From the NCBI GenBank assembly GCA_965242555.1, contig CBDESO010000008.1, forward strand, positions 227,577 through 291,576: 64,000 bases of DNA, read 5' to 3'. This document shows, one piece after another, positions 26,172 through 36,410 of this stretch; positions within the stretch are counted from its first letter, which is position 1; the number at the start of each line of letters is the position of its first letter. The notes below the pieces were generated by a model, which did no database searches, was not told where the DNA came from, and saw nothing but the letters and a program-made list of their open reading frames with translations. A program made the position numbers and the translations under genes. This stretch comes from Dehalococcoidia bacterium. GTDB lineage: Bacteria; Chloroflexota; Dehalococcoidia; Lucifugimonadales; JADFKI01.

Positions 26172-27404
26172 ATGCGAATACTTCATTTCGCCGACCTGCA
26201 CATCGGCGTCGAAAACTACGGCAGAATTGACCCAACCACCGGGCTTTCGTCCCGGCTGGGCGATTTTCTGCATACCTACGATGATCTTGTTGACTACGCG
26301 ATCGACACGGGCATTGACCTTGCGCTGTTCTGCGGCGACGCATACAAGAGCCGCGATCCCTCCCAAACCCACCAGCGCGAGTTCGCCAAGCGCATCGCGC
26401 GGCTGTCGGCCGCCGGCATCCCCACATTCCTGCTAGTGGGCAACCACGACACCCCGCAGGTCATCGCGCAGGCAACCGCCCTGGAAATCTTCCCTACTCT
26501 GAATGTGCGAAATGTCCACATCGGCGATAGGCTGCAAACATACATGGTAGAAACCCGCGATGGCCCCCTGCAAGTCGTTGCCGTCCCCTGGATTAAGCGC
26601 AGCGAATTCCTTGCGCGAGACGAAATGCGCGGCTTGACTCACGAGCAAATTAACCAAGCCCTAGAAAGCGCCCTAACCAACGCCATTCGATTGCAAGCCG
26701 ACGCGCTTGATCCCGCCATCCCCGCGTTGCTCGCGGGCCACGTCACCATCAGCAATTCGCGCCTGGCGTCTGAGCAATCAATGATGCTCGGCCACGACCA
26801 CGTCCTTCTGAACAGCAGCGTAGCGCTGCCCGAATTTGACTACGTCGCGCTAGGCCACATCCACCGCTACCAGAAACTCGGCGAAAACCACCCCTACGTC
26901 GTGTACGCCGGTAGCCTCCAGCGCGTTGACTTCGGCGAAGAGCATGATGACAAGGGTTTCTGCGTAATTGACCTTGACCCCGCGCGGCCCGCCGGATCCC
27001 GCTTGCGAAACTTCGAGTTCGTCCTGAGCGACGCCCGCAGGTTCGTAACGATAGACGTCGAACTCAAAACGGGGGACGACGATCCCACCGCAAGCGTAGT
27101 CAAGCGGATCGCCGCCCATCCCATTGACGACGCCATTGTGCGCGTGCGCCTAACAATGCCCGCCGAACTAGAGCCGCATCTTAACGAAACCGAAATCCGC
27201 GCCGCGCTCAGCCGCGCACATCACATAGCGTCCATCTCAAAGCAAGTCTTAGACAGGCAAAGAACGCGTCTTGGCGACGCCGATACGCGCGGCATATCCC
27301 CCAAAGAGGCGCTGCATCTCTACTTCGAAACCCGCAGCGTCCCCAAAGACCGCGCCGAACTGCTGCTGCGCCACGCCGAGGCGCTCATTGACGAGCAGCC
27401 CTAA
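26172..27404 (+). CDS. sbcD: Mre11/SbcD-family DNA repair exonuclease (calcineurin-like phosphoesterase)
   Basis: MRILHFADLHIG...FCGDAYKSRDP...LVGNHD...LGHIH. Confidence 0.85.
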   Translation: MRILHFADLHIGVENYGRIDPTTGLSSRLGDFLHTYDDLVDYAIDTGIDLALFCGDAYKSRDPSQTHQREFAKRIARLSAAGIPTFLLVGNHDTPQVIAQATALEIFPTLNVRNVHIGDRLQTYMVETRDGPLQVVAVPWIKRSEFLARDEMRGLTHEQINQALESALTNAIRLQADALDPAIPALLAGHVTISNSRLASEQSMMLGHDHVLLNSSVALPEFDYVALGHIHRYQKLGENHPYVVYAGSLQRVDFGEEHDDKGFCVIDLDPARPAGSRLRNFEFVLSDARRFVTIDVELKTGDDDPTASVVKRIAAHPIDDAIVRVRLTMPAELEPHLNETEIRAALSRAHHIASISKQVLDRQRTRLGDADTRGISPKEALHLYFETRSVPKDRAELLLRHAEALIDEQP

Positions 27405-27514
27405 CTCGCGCCCTATGCGCCCGCCCGCCTATGAACCCCCGCGCGTTCCCGCGCATCCAAACGATATACGGCAATATACGGCAAATCCCCCGAACACGCT
27501 TGTGGAGGACTGCG

Positions 27515-28084
27515 GTGGCAAGAAACAAGACAACGATAAGACGCGCTATGTGCGGCATTGCCCTGAGTTGCCTGGCGCTTGCGCTATCTGTCGCATGCGC
27601 CTCGCAAGACGCAACTAACGACGCATCCGCGCCAACCATCACGCCAACGCCGGAACCTGCGCCCGACTTTTCCCTTTCACTCTACGGGTCAGACGCCCGC
27701 GCCGATGGCGAAACCCTCCAAATGTCCAGCCTTGAGGGACAACCAGTCGTGATGAATTTTTGGTTCCCGTCCTGCCCGCCCTGCGTCGCCGAAATGCCCG
27801 ACTTGGAGAGCGCATATCAAAAGCATAAAGCCGACGGCGTAGAATTCATCGGCGTGCAGCTCGTCGGGCTAGACACCGTCGCCGACGGCAAGGACTTCAT
27901 CCGCAAAATGGGCATCACTTATCCCGTGGGCGCCGACGAGGACGGAGGCATCGTGCGAGAATATCGCATCACGAGCTTTCCCACCACCGTCTTTATTGAC
28001 GGCAACCAGGACATCGTCCGCAAGTGGTCGGGCGTCCTGAACGAAGAAAAGCTTGAGGAGCTTGTAGCGGAGATAATGAACTAG
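27515..28084 (+). CDS. TlpA/ResA-like thiol-disulfide oxidoreductase lipoprotein
   Basis: Lipoprotein signal (LALALSVAC), redox motif FWFPSCPPCVAEMP. Start chosen as the GTG at 27515; the ATG at 27548 is also possible. Confidence 0.8.
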   Translation: MARNKTTIRRAMCGIALSCLALALSVACASQDATNDASAPTITPTPEPAPDFSLSLYGSDARADGETLQMSSLEGQPVVMNFWFPSCPPCVAEMPDLESAYQKHKADGVEFIGVQLVGLDTVADGKDFIRKMGITYPVGADEDGGIVREYRITSFPTTVFIDGNQDIVRKWSGVLNEEKLEELVAEIMN

Positions 28085-28104
28085 CGCCCGCCCGCCGCAT
28101 CCCT

Positions 28105-28599
28105 ATGACAGTAACCGAACTATTCCTGCTGTGCGTCAGATGGCTGCACCTAGTATCCGCCGCCGCGTGGGTTGGCGGCGGCATATTCTATCTAGTGGTG
28201 TTGCGCCCCGCCCAACGCCGCGCCCCCGACGCGCCCGGCGTCCTCGCCGCCGCCGCGACCGAGTTTCGCGCTCTGGTTGACACCTGCGTCTATGTGCTGA
28301 TTGCCACCGGCGTCATCCTAACCCTAGACCGCCTCACGCCCGGCGTAGTCGGCGCGCCCTACGTCATCGCGCTCGGCGCAAAGATCGCCCTGTCTGTCTG
28401 GATGTTCACGATAGCCTGGGCCCGCCGCAAGCGCTCGCCCCTGCTCGCCGCCTTTCGCGCCCCCGAACAACCCCCGCAAGGCCGCCTCAACAAGATCCTC
28501 CGCGCCATCTCCGGCTACAACACGCTTGTCATACTGGGACTCATCGTATTCCTAATATCAGACCTGCTAAAATCCCTGTACGAAATCGCCCTAAGATAA
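28105..28599 (+). CDS. Integral membrane protein (CopD-like, about 4 TM segments)
   Basis: ORF track. Hydrophobic helices and N-terminal WLHLVSAAAWVGGGIFYLVVL. Confidence 0.5.
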   Translation: MTVTELFLLCVRWLHLVSAAAWVGGGIFYLVVLRPAQRRAPDAPGVLAAAATEFRALVDTCVYVLIATGVILTLDRLTPGVVGAPYVIALGAKIALSVWMFTIAWARRKRSPLLAAFRAPEQPPQGRLNKILRAISGYNTLVILGLIVFLISDLLKSLYEIALR

Positions 28600-28658
28600 C
28601 GAAATAGCGCTGATATAGCCGCCAACGCCCGGCGCGCGCTTTCGGCTGGGAGTAACCT

Positions 28659-28841
28659 ATGCGACGCCAACTTATGGACATTCTGGTATGCCCGCAGTGC
28701 CGCTCCGAACTCGCCCTGACCGTTGACGAAGAGCGCGATGGCGAGATCGTCACCGGCAGCCTGCAATGCCAAGCCTGCGTCGAAACCTATCCGATAGAGG
28801 ACGCCATACCCAATATGCTGCCGCCCGCCCTCAGAGACTAG
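28659..28841 (+). CDS. Trm112/UPF0434-family zinc-ribbon protein
   Basis: LMDILVCPQCRSEL...LQCQACVETYPIEDAIPNML. Confidence 0.8.
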   Translation: MRRQLMDILVCPQCRSELALTVDEERDGEIVTGSLQCQACVETYPIEDAIPNMLPPALRD

Positions 28842-29344
28842 CCCACCATCGCCGCCCGCCATTCCACCCTGCTGATTGCGCCCGGCTGCGCGGGCAATCG
28901 CCCAAGCATCTCGCGCACGGTCAAGCCGCTTATCGGATGCGCCAAGTTCGGCGCTATGTCCGCCAGCGGCATAAGCGCGAACAGCCTCTCGCCCAAGCGC
29001 GGATGCGGCAGCGTCAGCGACGGCGCGTTCAGCGCCATGCGGTTGTAAAACAAGAGGTCAATGTCAATCGCGCGCGGCGCGTTCAGAAAGCTGCGCTGCC
29101 GCCCTATCGCCGCCTCCACCTCCATTAGCCGCGCCAGCAGCTCATAGGCGTCCAGCCGCGTCCGCAAGCGGCAGGCGGCATTGTAAAACGCCGGCTGGCT
29201 GCCAAACCCCTGCGGCGCTGTCCTATACAGCGGCGATACCTGAATATCAACCGCGAACTCCCGCATCAGCGCCAGCGCATCCCGCAAGTTCCGCGCCGAT
29301 TTGCCCAGATTTGAGCCAAGCCCCAGATACGCCTCACTCAGCAT
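28838..29344 (-). CDS. folK: 2-amino-4-hydroxy-6-hydroxymethyldihydropteridine diphosphokinase
   Basis: AYLGLGSNLG...PRAIDIDLL...LTLPHPRL. Overlaps folP. Confidence 0.9.
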   Translation of the reverse strand: MLSEAYLGLGSNLGKSARNLRDALALMREFAVDIQVSPLYRTAPQGFGSQPAFYNAACRLRTRLDAYELLARLMEVEAAIGRQRSFLNAPRAIDIDLLFYNRMALNAPSLTLPHPRLGERLFALMPLADIAPNLAHPISGLTVREMLGRLPAQPGAISRVEWRAAMVG

Positions 29345-30209
29345 CAGACGGCCCTCCAGCGCGCGTTATGGCGTCGCTCATACGCGCCACTCGCGCCATT
29401 TCGCGGACGTCGTGAACCCGCGCAATATCCGCGCCGCCCGCTATGCACAGCGCCACCGCCGCCGCCGTCCCTTCCAGCCGCTCTTCCACCGGCAGCCCCA
29501 GCGCGTAGCCAATCACCGACTTGCGCGAAACGCCCAGCAACAGCGGCGCGCCCAGCGCCCGGAACTCACTCAGCCGCCGCATAATCTCAAGGTTATGCTC
29601 AGCCGTCTTGCCGAACCCTATGCCTGGGTCAAGGATGATGTTTTCGCGGCGAATGCCCGCCGCCCGCGCGTCCGCCGCCGTCCGCCGCAGCGCGCCTATC
29701 ACATCCGGCACAAGATCCGCGTAGCGCGCATGCGCCTGGTTGTGCATCAGCGCCGCCGCCACGCCCGCGTCCGCGATGACGCTTGCCATATCCGGGTCGC
29801 GCCGCAATCCCCACACGTCGTTCACCATAGCCGCGCCCGCCGCGATAGCGCGCCTTGCCACCGCCGCCTTGTATGTGTCAACGCTGACGGGAATACGCAG
29901 CTCCGACGCCAGCGCCTCAATCACGGGAACCACCCGCCGCAACTCCTCAGTCTCAGACACCGGCGCCGCCTTGCCGTACACCGCCGTAGGCCGCGTGGAC
30001 TCGCCGCCCACATCCACAATATCCGCGCCCTCCGCCTGAAATCGCAAAGCCTGCTCCAGCGCGGCGGCAACATCCGCGCCCAGCCCGTCGCCGCTAAACG
30101 AATCAGGCGTGGCGTTGACGATGCCCATAATATACGTGCGCTTGCCCCACTCAAACAAGCTATTCCCGATGCGAGTTTTTTGGGGCGCGCAAGGCTGATT
30201 TTGTCGCAT
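29334..30209 (-). CDS. folP: Dihydropteroate synthase
   Basis: IMGIVNATPDSFSGDG...DIVDVGGESTRP...NDVWG...ILDPGIGFGK. Confidence 0.9.
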   Translation of the reverse strand: MRQNQPCAPQKTRIGNSLFEWGKRTYIMGIVNATPDSFSGDGLGADVAAALEQALRFQAEGADIVDVGGESTRPTAVYGKAAPVSETEELRRVVPVIEALASELRIPVSVDTYKAAVARRAIAAGAAMVNDVWGLRRDPDMASVIADAGVAAALMHNQAHARYADLVPDVIGALRRTAADARAAGIRRENIILDPGIGFGKTAEHNLEIMRRLSEFRALGAPLLLGVSRKSVIGYALGLPVEERLEGTAAAVALCIAGGADIARVHDVREMARVARMSDAITRAGGPSDAE

Positions 30210-30333
30210 TAACTTGTCATTAGTGGCTGTTATCTGTTACCTTTTGCTTAACGGGCAGTGATATGCCCGCCCGCGTTGACGGCATCCGATATTATAGCCG
30301 CATTATAGGCGAGCGGTCATTGGATTTGCAGTT

Positions 30334-31896
30334 ATGGTAGTTCGCAGAAAAGTGGATGACGCGCTTGACAGGCTAAACGAGATGCGCCGCGAGGGGCGTC
30401 TTGGCGGCGGCAAGCCGCGCATCCAAGCTCAGCGCAAGCGCGGCAAGCTAACCGCCCGAGAGCGCATCGGATTGCTCTTCGACGACTGCACATTCACCGA
30501 ACTGGATCCATTTGCCCAACATCGCAGCGCCGATTTCGGGCTTGACTCCCAGCGCTACCTAGGCGACGCCGTGGTCACCGGCTACGGCAAAGTTCACGGC
30601 CGGCTCGCATTCGCCTACTCCCAAGATTTCACCGTGCTTGGCGGCTCGCTGTCCGAGGTCGTGGGGCAGAAGATCTGCAAGGCGATGGACTTGGCGGCGA
30701 ACAGCGGCGCGCCTATGGTCGGCCTCATAGACTCCGGCGGCGCGCGCATCCAAGAGGGCGTCCTCAGCCTCGCCGGCTACGCCGACATCTTTCTGCGTAA
30801 TGTGCGCTCGTCCGGCGTCATCCCCCAAATCTCGGTCATTCTAGGCCCCGCCGCCGGCGGCGCTACCTACTCCCCCGCCCTTACCGACTTCATCTTTATG
30901 GTCAGGGGCGTCGGGCAAATGTACATCACAGGCCCCGACGTCATCAAGGCGGTAACCGGCGAAGAGATTAGCCACGAGCGCTTGGGCGGCGCGGATAGCC
31001 ACGCATCCCGCAGCGGCGTAGCCCACTTCGCGCTAGACTCCGAAGAACTATGCTTTGTGCAAATTCGGCGGCTACTCAGTTTCCTGCCCCAAAACAATAT
31101 GGAAGACCCGCCGCGTTCCAACCCGTCCGACGACCCCGCCCGCCGCGACGAATCCCTGTTGCACATCATCCCCGACAACCCCAACTCCCCCTACGATATG
31201 CTGCATATCATTGAGCGCGTCGTGGACGACGCCGACCTTATGCAGGTTCACGAAAGATACGCGCGCAACATCATCGTAGGCTTTGCCCGAATGGACGGCA
31301 AGCCGGTGGGCATCGTGGCGCAGCAGCCGCGGCAAGTGGCGGGCGTCCTGGACATCAACTCATCCGACAAGGCGGCGCGATTCGTCCGCTTTTGCGACGC
31401 CTTCAACATCCCCCTGGTCACATTCGTGGACGTGCCCGGCTTTATGCCCGGCTCCAACCAGGAATACGGCGGCATCATTCGGCACGGCGCGAAACTCATC
31501 TACGCATACGCCGAGGCGACCGTCCCCAAAATCAGCGTTCTCACCCGCAAGGCATACGGCGGCGCGTACATCGTGATGAGCAGCAAGGGCTTGCGCGGCG
31601 ACATCAACTACGCATGGCCCACCGCAGAAATCGCCGTTATGGGCGCTGACGGCGCAGTCAACATTATGCACAGAAACGAAATCCAAGCGACGGACGACCC
31701 CCAAGAGATGCGCGCCCGACTCGCGCGGGAATACAGCGATAGGCTTGTCAATCCCTACATCGCCGCCGCGCATGGGATGATTGACGATGTGATAGATCCC
31801 GCCGACACCCGCCCGAAAATCATAGACGCGCTCGCTATGCTGGCGAACAAGCGCGAAACGCTGCCCCAGCGCAAGCACGGCAGCATACCCCTATAA
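30334..31896 (+). CDS. Acyl-CoA carboxyltransferase (methylmalonyl-CoA carboxyltransferase 12S / propionyl-CoA carboxylase beta type)
   Basis: GKLTARERIGLLFD...FTVLGGSLSEVVGQKI...DSGGARIQEG...RKAYGGAYIVMSS. Confidence 0.9.
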   Translation: MVVRRKVDDALDRLNEMRREGRLGGGKPRIQAQRKRGKLTARERIGLLFDDCTFTELDPFAQHRSADFGLDSQRYLGDAVVTGYGKVHGRLAFAYSQDFTVLGGSLSEVVGQKICKAMDLAANSGAPMVGLIDSGGARIQEGVLSLAGYADIFLRNVRSSGVIPQISVILGPAAGGATYSPALTDFIFMVRGVGQMYITGPDVIKAVTGEEISHERLGGADSHASRSGVAHFALDSEELCFVQIRRLLSFLPQNNMEDPPRSNPSDDPARRDESLLHIIPDNPNSPYDMLHIIERVVDDADLMQVHERYARNIIVGFARMDGKPVGIVAQQPRQVAGVLDINSSDKAARFVRFCDAFNIPLVTFVDVPGFMPGSNQEYGGIIRHGAKLIYAYAEATVPKISVLTRKAYGGAYIVMSSKGLRGDINYAWPTAEIAVMGADGAVNIMHRNEIQATDDPQEMRARLAREYSDRLVNPYIAAAHGMIDDVIDPADTRPKIIDALAMLANKRETLPQRKHGSIPL

Positions 31897-31949
31897 CGCT
31901 AATCGCCAAGGAACTTATAACGCTAATCTAACGCCAAGGAACTTATCGG

Positions 31950-32156
31950 ATGCAATCGCCCTCATACACAATAGACGCCAAGCGCATCGCCGCCATCAGC
32001 GCGGCGGTGCAGGCGTTTATCGCCGGCGAAACCCCCGCCGCCGCGCCGCCGTCGCCTGAGCGCGCCAATGAGAGCCTATCCGAATGGCGTCGCGCCGGAA
32101 CGCCCGACGGCGGCGCGCTCGCAAACCGCCCCCGAAACTGGACTGCCAGAGACTAG
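31950..32156 (+). CDS. Small hypothetical subunit (OadG / epsilon-like?) between the carboxyltransferase genes
   Basis: 68-aa ORF. RIAAISAAVQAFIAGE resembles the conserved helix of small subunits of biotin decarboxylases/carboxylases. Supported by position only. Confidence 0.35.
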   Translation: MQSPSYTIDAKRIAAISAAVQAFIAGETPAAAPPSPERANESLSEWRRAGTPDGGALANRPRNWTARD

Positions 32157-32193
32157 GCCCGGAAACTAGACTAAGAGAAAACAGGTTGAAATA

Positions 32194-34044
32194 ATGGCTG
32201 CCAATCCTGTCAAAATAACCGACACCACCCTGCGCGACGGCCACCAAAGCCTTATGGCTACCCGCCTGCGCCTGGAAGACATGACGCCCATCGCCCCCGC
32301 TATGGACGCCGTGGGCTTTTCCGCTATGGAAGTCTGGGGCGGCGCTACCTTTGACGCCGCAACCCGCTTTCTGGGCGAAGACCCCTGGGAGCGCCTCCGC
32401 GTATTCAAATCCCTAATCCCCAACACGCCGCTATCTATGCTGCTGCGCGGCCAATCCCTTGTGGGCTACCGCGCCTACGCCAACGACGTAGTGGACGCAT
32501 TCGTAGAGCAGGCGGCGGCTACCGGCATAGACATATTCCGCGTCTTTGACGCGCTCAACGACACCATCAACCTAGAGCGCGCCTGCCAATCCGTCAAGAA
32601 CAGCGGCAAGCATCTGCAAATCGCCATATGCTACTCCGTTACCGAAGAGGGCAGGCTGGGCGGGCAGTACTACAACCTTGATTACTACCTAGACAAGGCG
32701 AAACGCTTTCAAGCGCTGGGCGCTGACAGCGTCTGCATCAAGGATATGGGCGGCTTGCTCGCGCCCTACGACGCCTACGACCTGGTATCCGCGCTCAAAG
32801 ACGCGCTTGACGTGCCGCTGCAGCTGCACTGCCACTACACAAGCGGCATGGCGTCTATGTCCGCGCTCAAAGCGATTGAGGCGGGCGTGGATGGCGTGGA
32901 CACCTGCGTCGCCCCCCTAGCGCTCCGCACGGCGCAGCCCGCCATTGAACCGCTGCTGTTCGCCCTAAGCGGCGGCGAGCGCGATCCCCAACTTGACCTG
33001 GACAAAATATTGGAAATCGGCGACTACTTCGAGGGCGTATTGCCCAAATATCGCCAATACCTTGAAAGCCCCCGCACAGCCGTTATAGACACAAGAACGC
33101 TCATCCACCAGATACCCGGCGGCATGATGAGCAACCTGGTATCCCAACTGCGCGAGGCGGACGCCATTGACAGGCTTGACGATGTGCTGGCGGAAATACC
33201 CAGAACCCGCAAAGACTTGGGCTATCCCCCGCTGGTAACCCCGATGAGCCAGATGACCGGCGCGCAGGCGGCGAACAATGTGCTGTTCGGCCGCTATGAA
33301 ATGATTACCGGCGCCGTGCGCGAATACGTCGCCGGTATGTACGGCGCGCCCCCCGCCGCGATAGATCCCGATCTGGAAAGCAAGGCGCTCGCCGACGGCC
33401 AAGAGCGCGTCGTCGGCAACCCCGCGGACACCCTAGATCCCGAAATGGTAGCCGCGCGCGACGCCGTAAAGCACATGACCTCCAGCCGCGAAGACGCGCT
33501 CACCTACGCGCTATACCCCGCCACCGGCATGAACTTCCTGCGCGTCAAGCACGGCTTGGACGCCGCGCCGCAAGACGATACGCAGCCCGAACCGACGCCG
33601 ACGGCGGCCTCGCCCGCAACCCCCGCCGCGGACGCCCCGCAACTCAGCGACGCCGCCCGCCTCTTCAACGTGCATATCAACGGCGAGCGCTTTGAAGTCG
33701 TAGTCGATCCCGCAGACGCCGCAGACGGCATCCGCATCGCCGCCGCTCCCCCGCAAGCGCCCGCCCCTGACACGGACACTTCCGCCGCGCAACCCGAACC
33801 GTCCGCCCCATCGTCGGCGTCAGACACCGCCATCACCGCCCCTATCCCCGGCGTAGTGCTGCGCTACGAAGTAGAAGTTGGCCAAAGCGTCCAACAAGGC
33901 GATGAGGTCGTAGTGCTAGAGGCGATGAAAATGGAAAACACGCTGCCCTCCCCCGTGAGCGGCGTCGTCAAGGAGTTGGCTGCCGACCTAGGCGCAACCG
34001 TCGCCAAAGACGCCGTACTCGCCATCATCACTGCCGAAGACTAA
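32194..34044 (+). CDS. Oxaloacetate/pyruvate carboxyltransferase (5S / OadA / PycB type) fused through a Pro/Ala linker to a biotin carboxyl carrier domain
   Basis: ITDTTLRDGHQSL...HCHYTSGMA. C-terminus VVVLEAMKMENTLPSP (biotinyl-Lys motif). Confidence 0.9.
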   Translation: MAANPVKITDTTLRDGHQSLMATRLRLEDMTPIAPAMDAVGFSAMEVWGGATFDAATRFLGEDPWERLRVFKSLIPNTPLSMLLRGQSLVGYRAYANDVVDAFVEQAAATGIDIFRVFDALNDTINLERACQSVKNSGKHLQIAICYSVTEEGRLGGQYYNLDYYLDKAKRFQALGADSVCIKDMGGLLAPYDAYDLVSALKDALDVPLQLHCHYTSGMASMSALKAIEAGVDGVDTCVAPLALRTAQPAIEPLLFALSGGERDPQLDLDKILEIGDYFEGVLPKYRQYLESPRTAVIDTRTLIHQIPGGMMSNLVSQLREADAIDRLDDVLAEIPRTRKDLGYPPLVTPMSQMTGAQAANNVLFGRYEMITGAVREYVAGMYGAPPAAIDPDLESKALADGQERVVGNPADTLDPEMVAARDAVKHMTSSREDALTYALYPATGMNFLRVKHGLDAAPQDDTQPEPTPTAASPATPAADAPQLSDAARLFNVHINGERFEVVVDPADAADGIRIAAAPPQAPAPDTDTSAAQPEPSAPSSASDTAITAPIPGVVLRYEVEVGQSVQQGDEVVVLEAMKMENTLPSPVSGVVKELAADLGATVAKDAVLAIITAED

Positions 34045-34065
34045 ACAATCACAACACGCTCTCAT

Positions 34066-35292
34066 ATGAGCCGAAAGGAGCCTAGTTTGGCAACCACACA
34101 AATAGACGCTGCGAAAGAACATTTCGGCGAAGTTCTGCAACAGCAGCTGGAGCGAGTGGAACGCCTCAAGCAAGAGGGCGACTGGGTGGACTATTCCAGC
34201 GTCAGCCCCATAATCATCGGCATGCTGGGCGGCGACGGCATCGGCCCCAGCATCAGCCGCGAAACCCAGAATGTCCTTGAATACCTGCTGCGCGAAGAAG
34301 TCGCGTCCGGCAAGGTGGAGTTCAGGGTAATAGACGGCCTGACCATCGAGAACCGCGCCGCCAAAATGCAGTCAATCCCCGACGACGTTCTGGCCGAAAT
34401 CCGCCAATGCCACGTAACCCTAAAGGGCCCCACGCACACGCCCGAACAGGGCGATGGCTGGCCCAACATTGAAAGCGCCAATGTGTCTATGCGAAAAGCG
34501 CTTGACCTGTTCGCCAACGTCCGCCCCGTCCGCGTTCCCGGCCAGGGAATAGACTGGACTTTCTTCCGCGAGAACACCGAGGATATGTACGCGGTCGGCA
34601 GCCAAGGCATAAACGTCTCCGACGACCTGGCGATAGACTTTCGCGTCATCACAAGCCAAGGCTCGGAGCGCATCATTGACGCCGCATTCGCCCACGCGCA
34701 GCGCACCGGCAAGACCCGCGTCACCATCGTCACCAAAGCGAACATCGTCAAGACCACCGACGGCAAGTTCCTGGACATAGCCCGCTCAGTCAGCGAGCGC
34801 TACCCCGGAATAGAGTGGGACGGCTGGTACATAGACATAATGACCGCCGCGCTCATAAACCCCGCCCGCCAAAAAGACTTCCAAGTCCTCGCGCTGCCCA
34901 ACCTCTACGGCGACATCCTCACCGACGAGGCGGCGCAGATCCAGGGCGGCGTGGGAACCGCCGGCAGCGCCAACATCGGCAAGCGCTACGGGATGTTTGA
35001 GGCGATACACGGCAGCGCCCCCCGCATGGTCGCCACCGGCAGGGCGCAGTTCGCCGACCCCAGCTCCCTCGTGCGCGCCGGCGCTATGATGCTGGAACAC
35101 ATCGGCTTTGAGCAGCTCGGCGGCAAGCTCCACAAAGCCCTGGACATCTGCGGCCAGTACGAGCGCAAAATGGTAATGACCGGCCGCGATACCGGCGTAA
35201 CCAGCGCCGAATTCGGCGAGTACATCATGCAGACCGTCGAAGATCCCAACGTAGAGTCCCGCTGGGACGAATACGTTGCCGCCGGGGCCTAG
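34066..35292 (+). CDS. Isocitrate/isopropylmalate dehydrogenase family protein (probable NAD-dependent isocitrate dehydrogenase)
   Basis: GDGIGPSI...NLYGDILTDEAAQIQGGVGTAGSANIG...EAIHGSAP. Confidence 0.8.
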   Translation: MSRKEPSLATTQIDAAKEHFGEVLQQQLERVERLKQEGDWVDYSSVSPIIIGMLGGDGIGPSISRETQNVLEYLLREEVASGKVEFRVIDGLTIENRAAKMQSIPDDVLAEIRQCHVTLKGPTHTPEQGDGWPNIESANVSMRKALDLFANVRPVRVPGQGIDWTFFRENTEDMYAVGSQGINVSDDLAIDFRVITSQGSERIIDAAFAHAQRTGKTRVTIVTKANIVKTTDGKFLDIARSVSERYPGIEWDGWYIDIMTAALINPARQKDFQVLALPNLYGDILTDEAAQIQGGVGTAGSANIGKRYGMFEAIHGSAPRMVATGRAQFADPSSLVRAGAMMLEHIGFEQLGGKLHKALDICGQYERKMVMTGRDTGVTSAEFGEYIMQTVEDPNVESRWDEYVAAGA

Positions 35293-35402
35293 GCGCGCAT
35301 ACCGGATAAACAACCCCCCCTGCAGCCGCCCGCGCGGCGCGCTGTCAGGGGGTATCGCTTGAATACTTGAAAAGCCACACTAGCGGAGGAGACTAAACAC
35401 CT

Positions 35403-36335
35403 ATGCGTAGCAAAGTAACGGTTGTGGGCGCGGGCAATGTGGGCGCGACTGCCGCGCAGCGCATCTTTGACAAGGGATACGCCGACGTCGTCCTGGTCGA
35501 CATCGTGGACGGCTTGCCGCAAGGCAAAGCGCTGGACATTCTCGAGGCGGGCCCCGTGCTGGGATCCGACGCCTCCATCATCGGCAGCAACGGCTACGAC
35601 GAAACCGCCGGCTCCGACATCGTGGTCATTACATCCGGCGTAGCCCGCCGCCCGGGTATGAGCCGCGACGACCTGCTGCTCACCAATATGCGTATCGTCA
35701 CAAGCGTGGTCGAAGAGATAGTCAAACATTCCCCCGACTGCGTCATCCTGCCCGTCACCAACCCGCTTGACGCAATGGCGCAGCGCGCCTACCAGGTCAG
35801 CGGCTTTCCCAAACATCGCGTAGTCGGCATGGCGGGCATCCTGGACACCGCCCGCTTTCGCACATTCCTAGCCCAGGAACTCAGCGTATCCGTCAGCTCC
35901 ATAGAGGCGTATGTGCTTGGCGGACACGGCGACACTATGGTTCCCGTGGTCGGCAGTACAACCGCCGGCGGCATCCCCGTAGCCAATCTCATAGAGAGCG
36001 GCCGCCTCGCCGAAATCGTGCAGCGCACCCGCGACGGCGGCGCAGAAATCATCAACTACCTCAAAACCGGCAGCGCCTACTACGCGCCCTCCGCGTCAAT
36101 CGTCCAAATGGTAGAGGCGATCCTATTCGACAAAAACGAAATCCTGCCCTGCACAGCCCTGCTTGAGGGCGAGTACGGCATCAACAACCTGTTCGTGGGC
36201 GTCCCCGTAAAGCTGAACGGCGGCGGCGTAGCCGAGATAATAGAGTTCGATCTAACCGATAACGAACTCGCCGAGCTGCGAAAGTCCGCCGACGCCGTGC
36301 AGGAGCTCGTGGATGTAATGGCGTCCGCGGAATAA
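35403..36335 (+). CDS. mdh: Malate dehydrogenase (LDH-like type)
   Basis: [15 protein letters not shown]...[19 protein letters not shown]...GGHGDTMVP. Confidence 0.95.
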   Translation: MRSKVTVVGAGNVGATAAQRIFDKGYADVVLVDIVDGLPQGKALDILEAGPVLGSDASIIGSNGYDETAGSDIVVITSGVARRPGMSRDDLLLTNMRIVTSVVEEIVKHSPDCVILPVTNPLDAMAQRAYQVSGFPKHRVVGMAGILDTARFRTFLAQELSVSVSSIEAYVLGGHGDTMVPVVGSTTAGGIPVANLIESGRLAEIVQRTRDGGAEIINYLKTGSAYYAPSASIVQMVEAILFDKNEILPCTALLEGEYGINNLFVGVPVKLNGGGVAEIIEFDLTDNELAELRKSADAVQELVDVMASAE

Positions 36336-36410
36336 GCGGATTAGCCGGCCGGAGCCGGCCGCGCCGACGCGGTTCGCGCCCATCAGCGGTTGCGAGGCGG
36401 ATATACCGAT

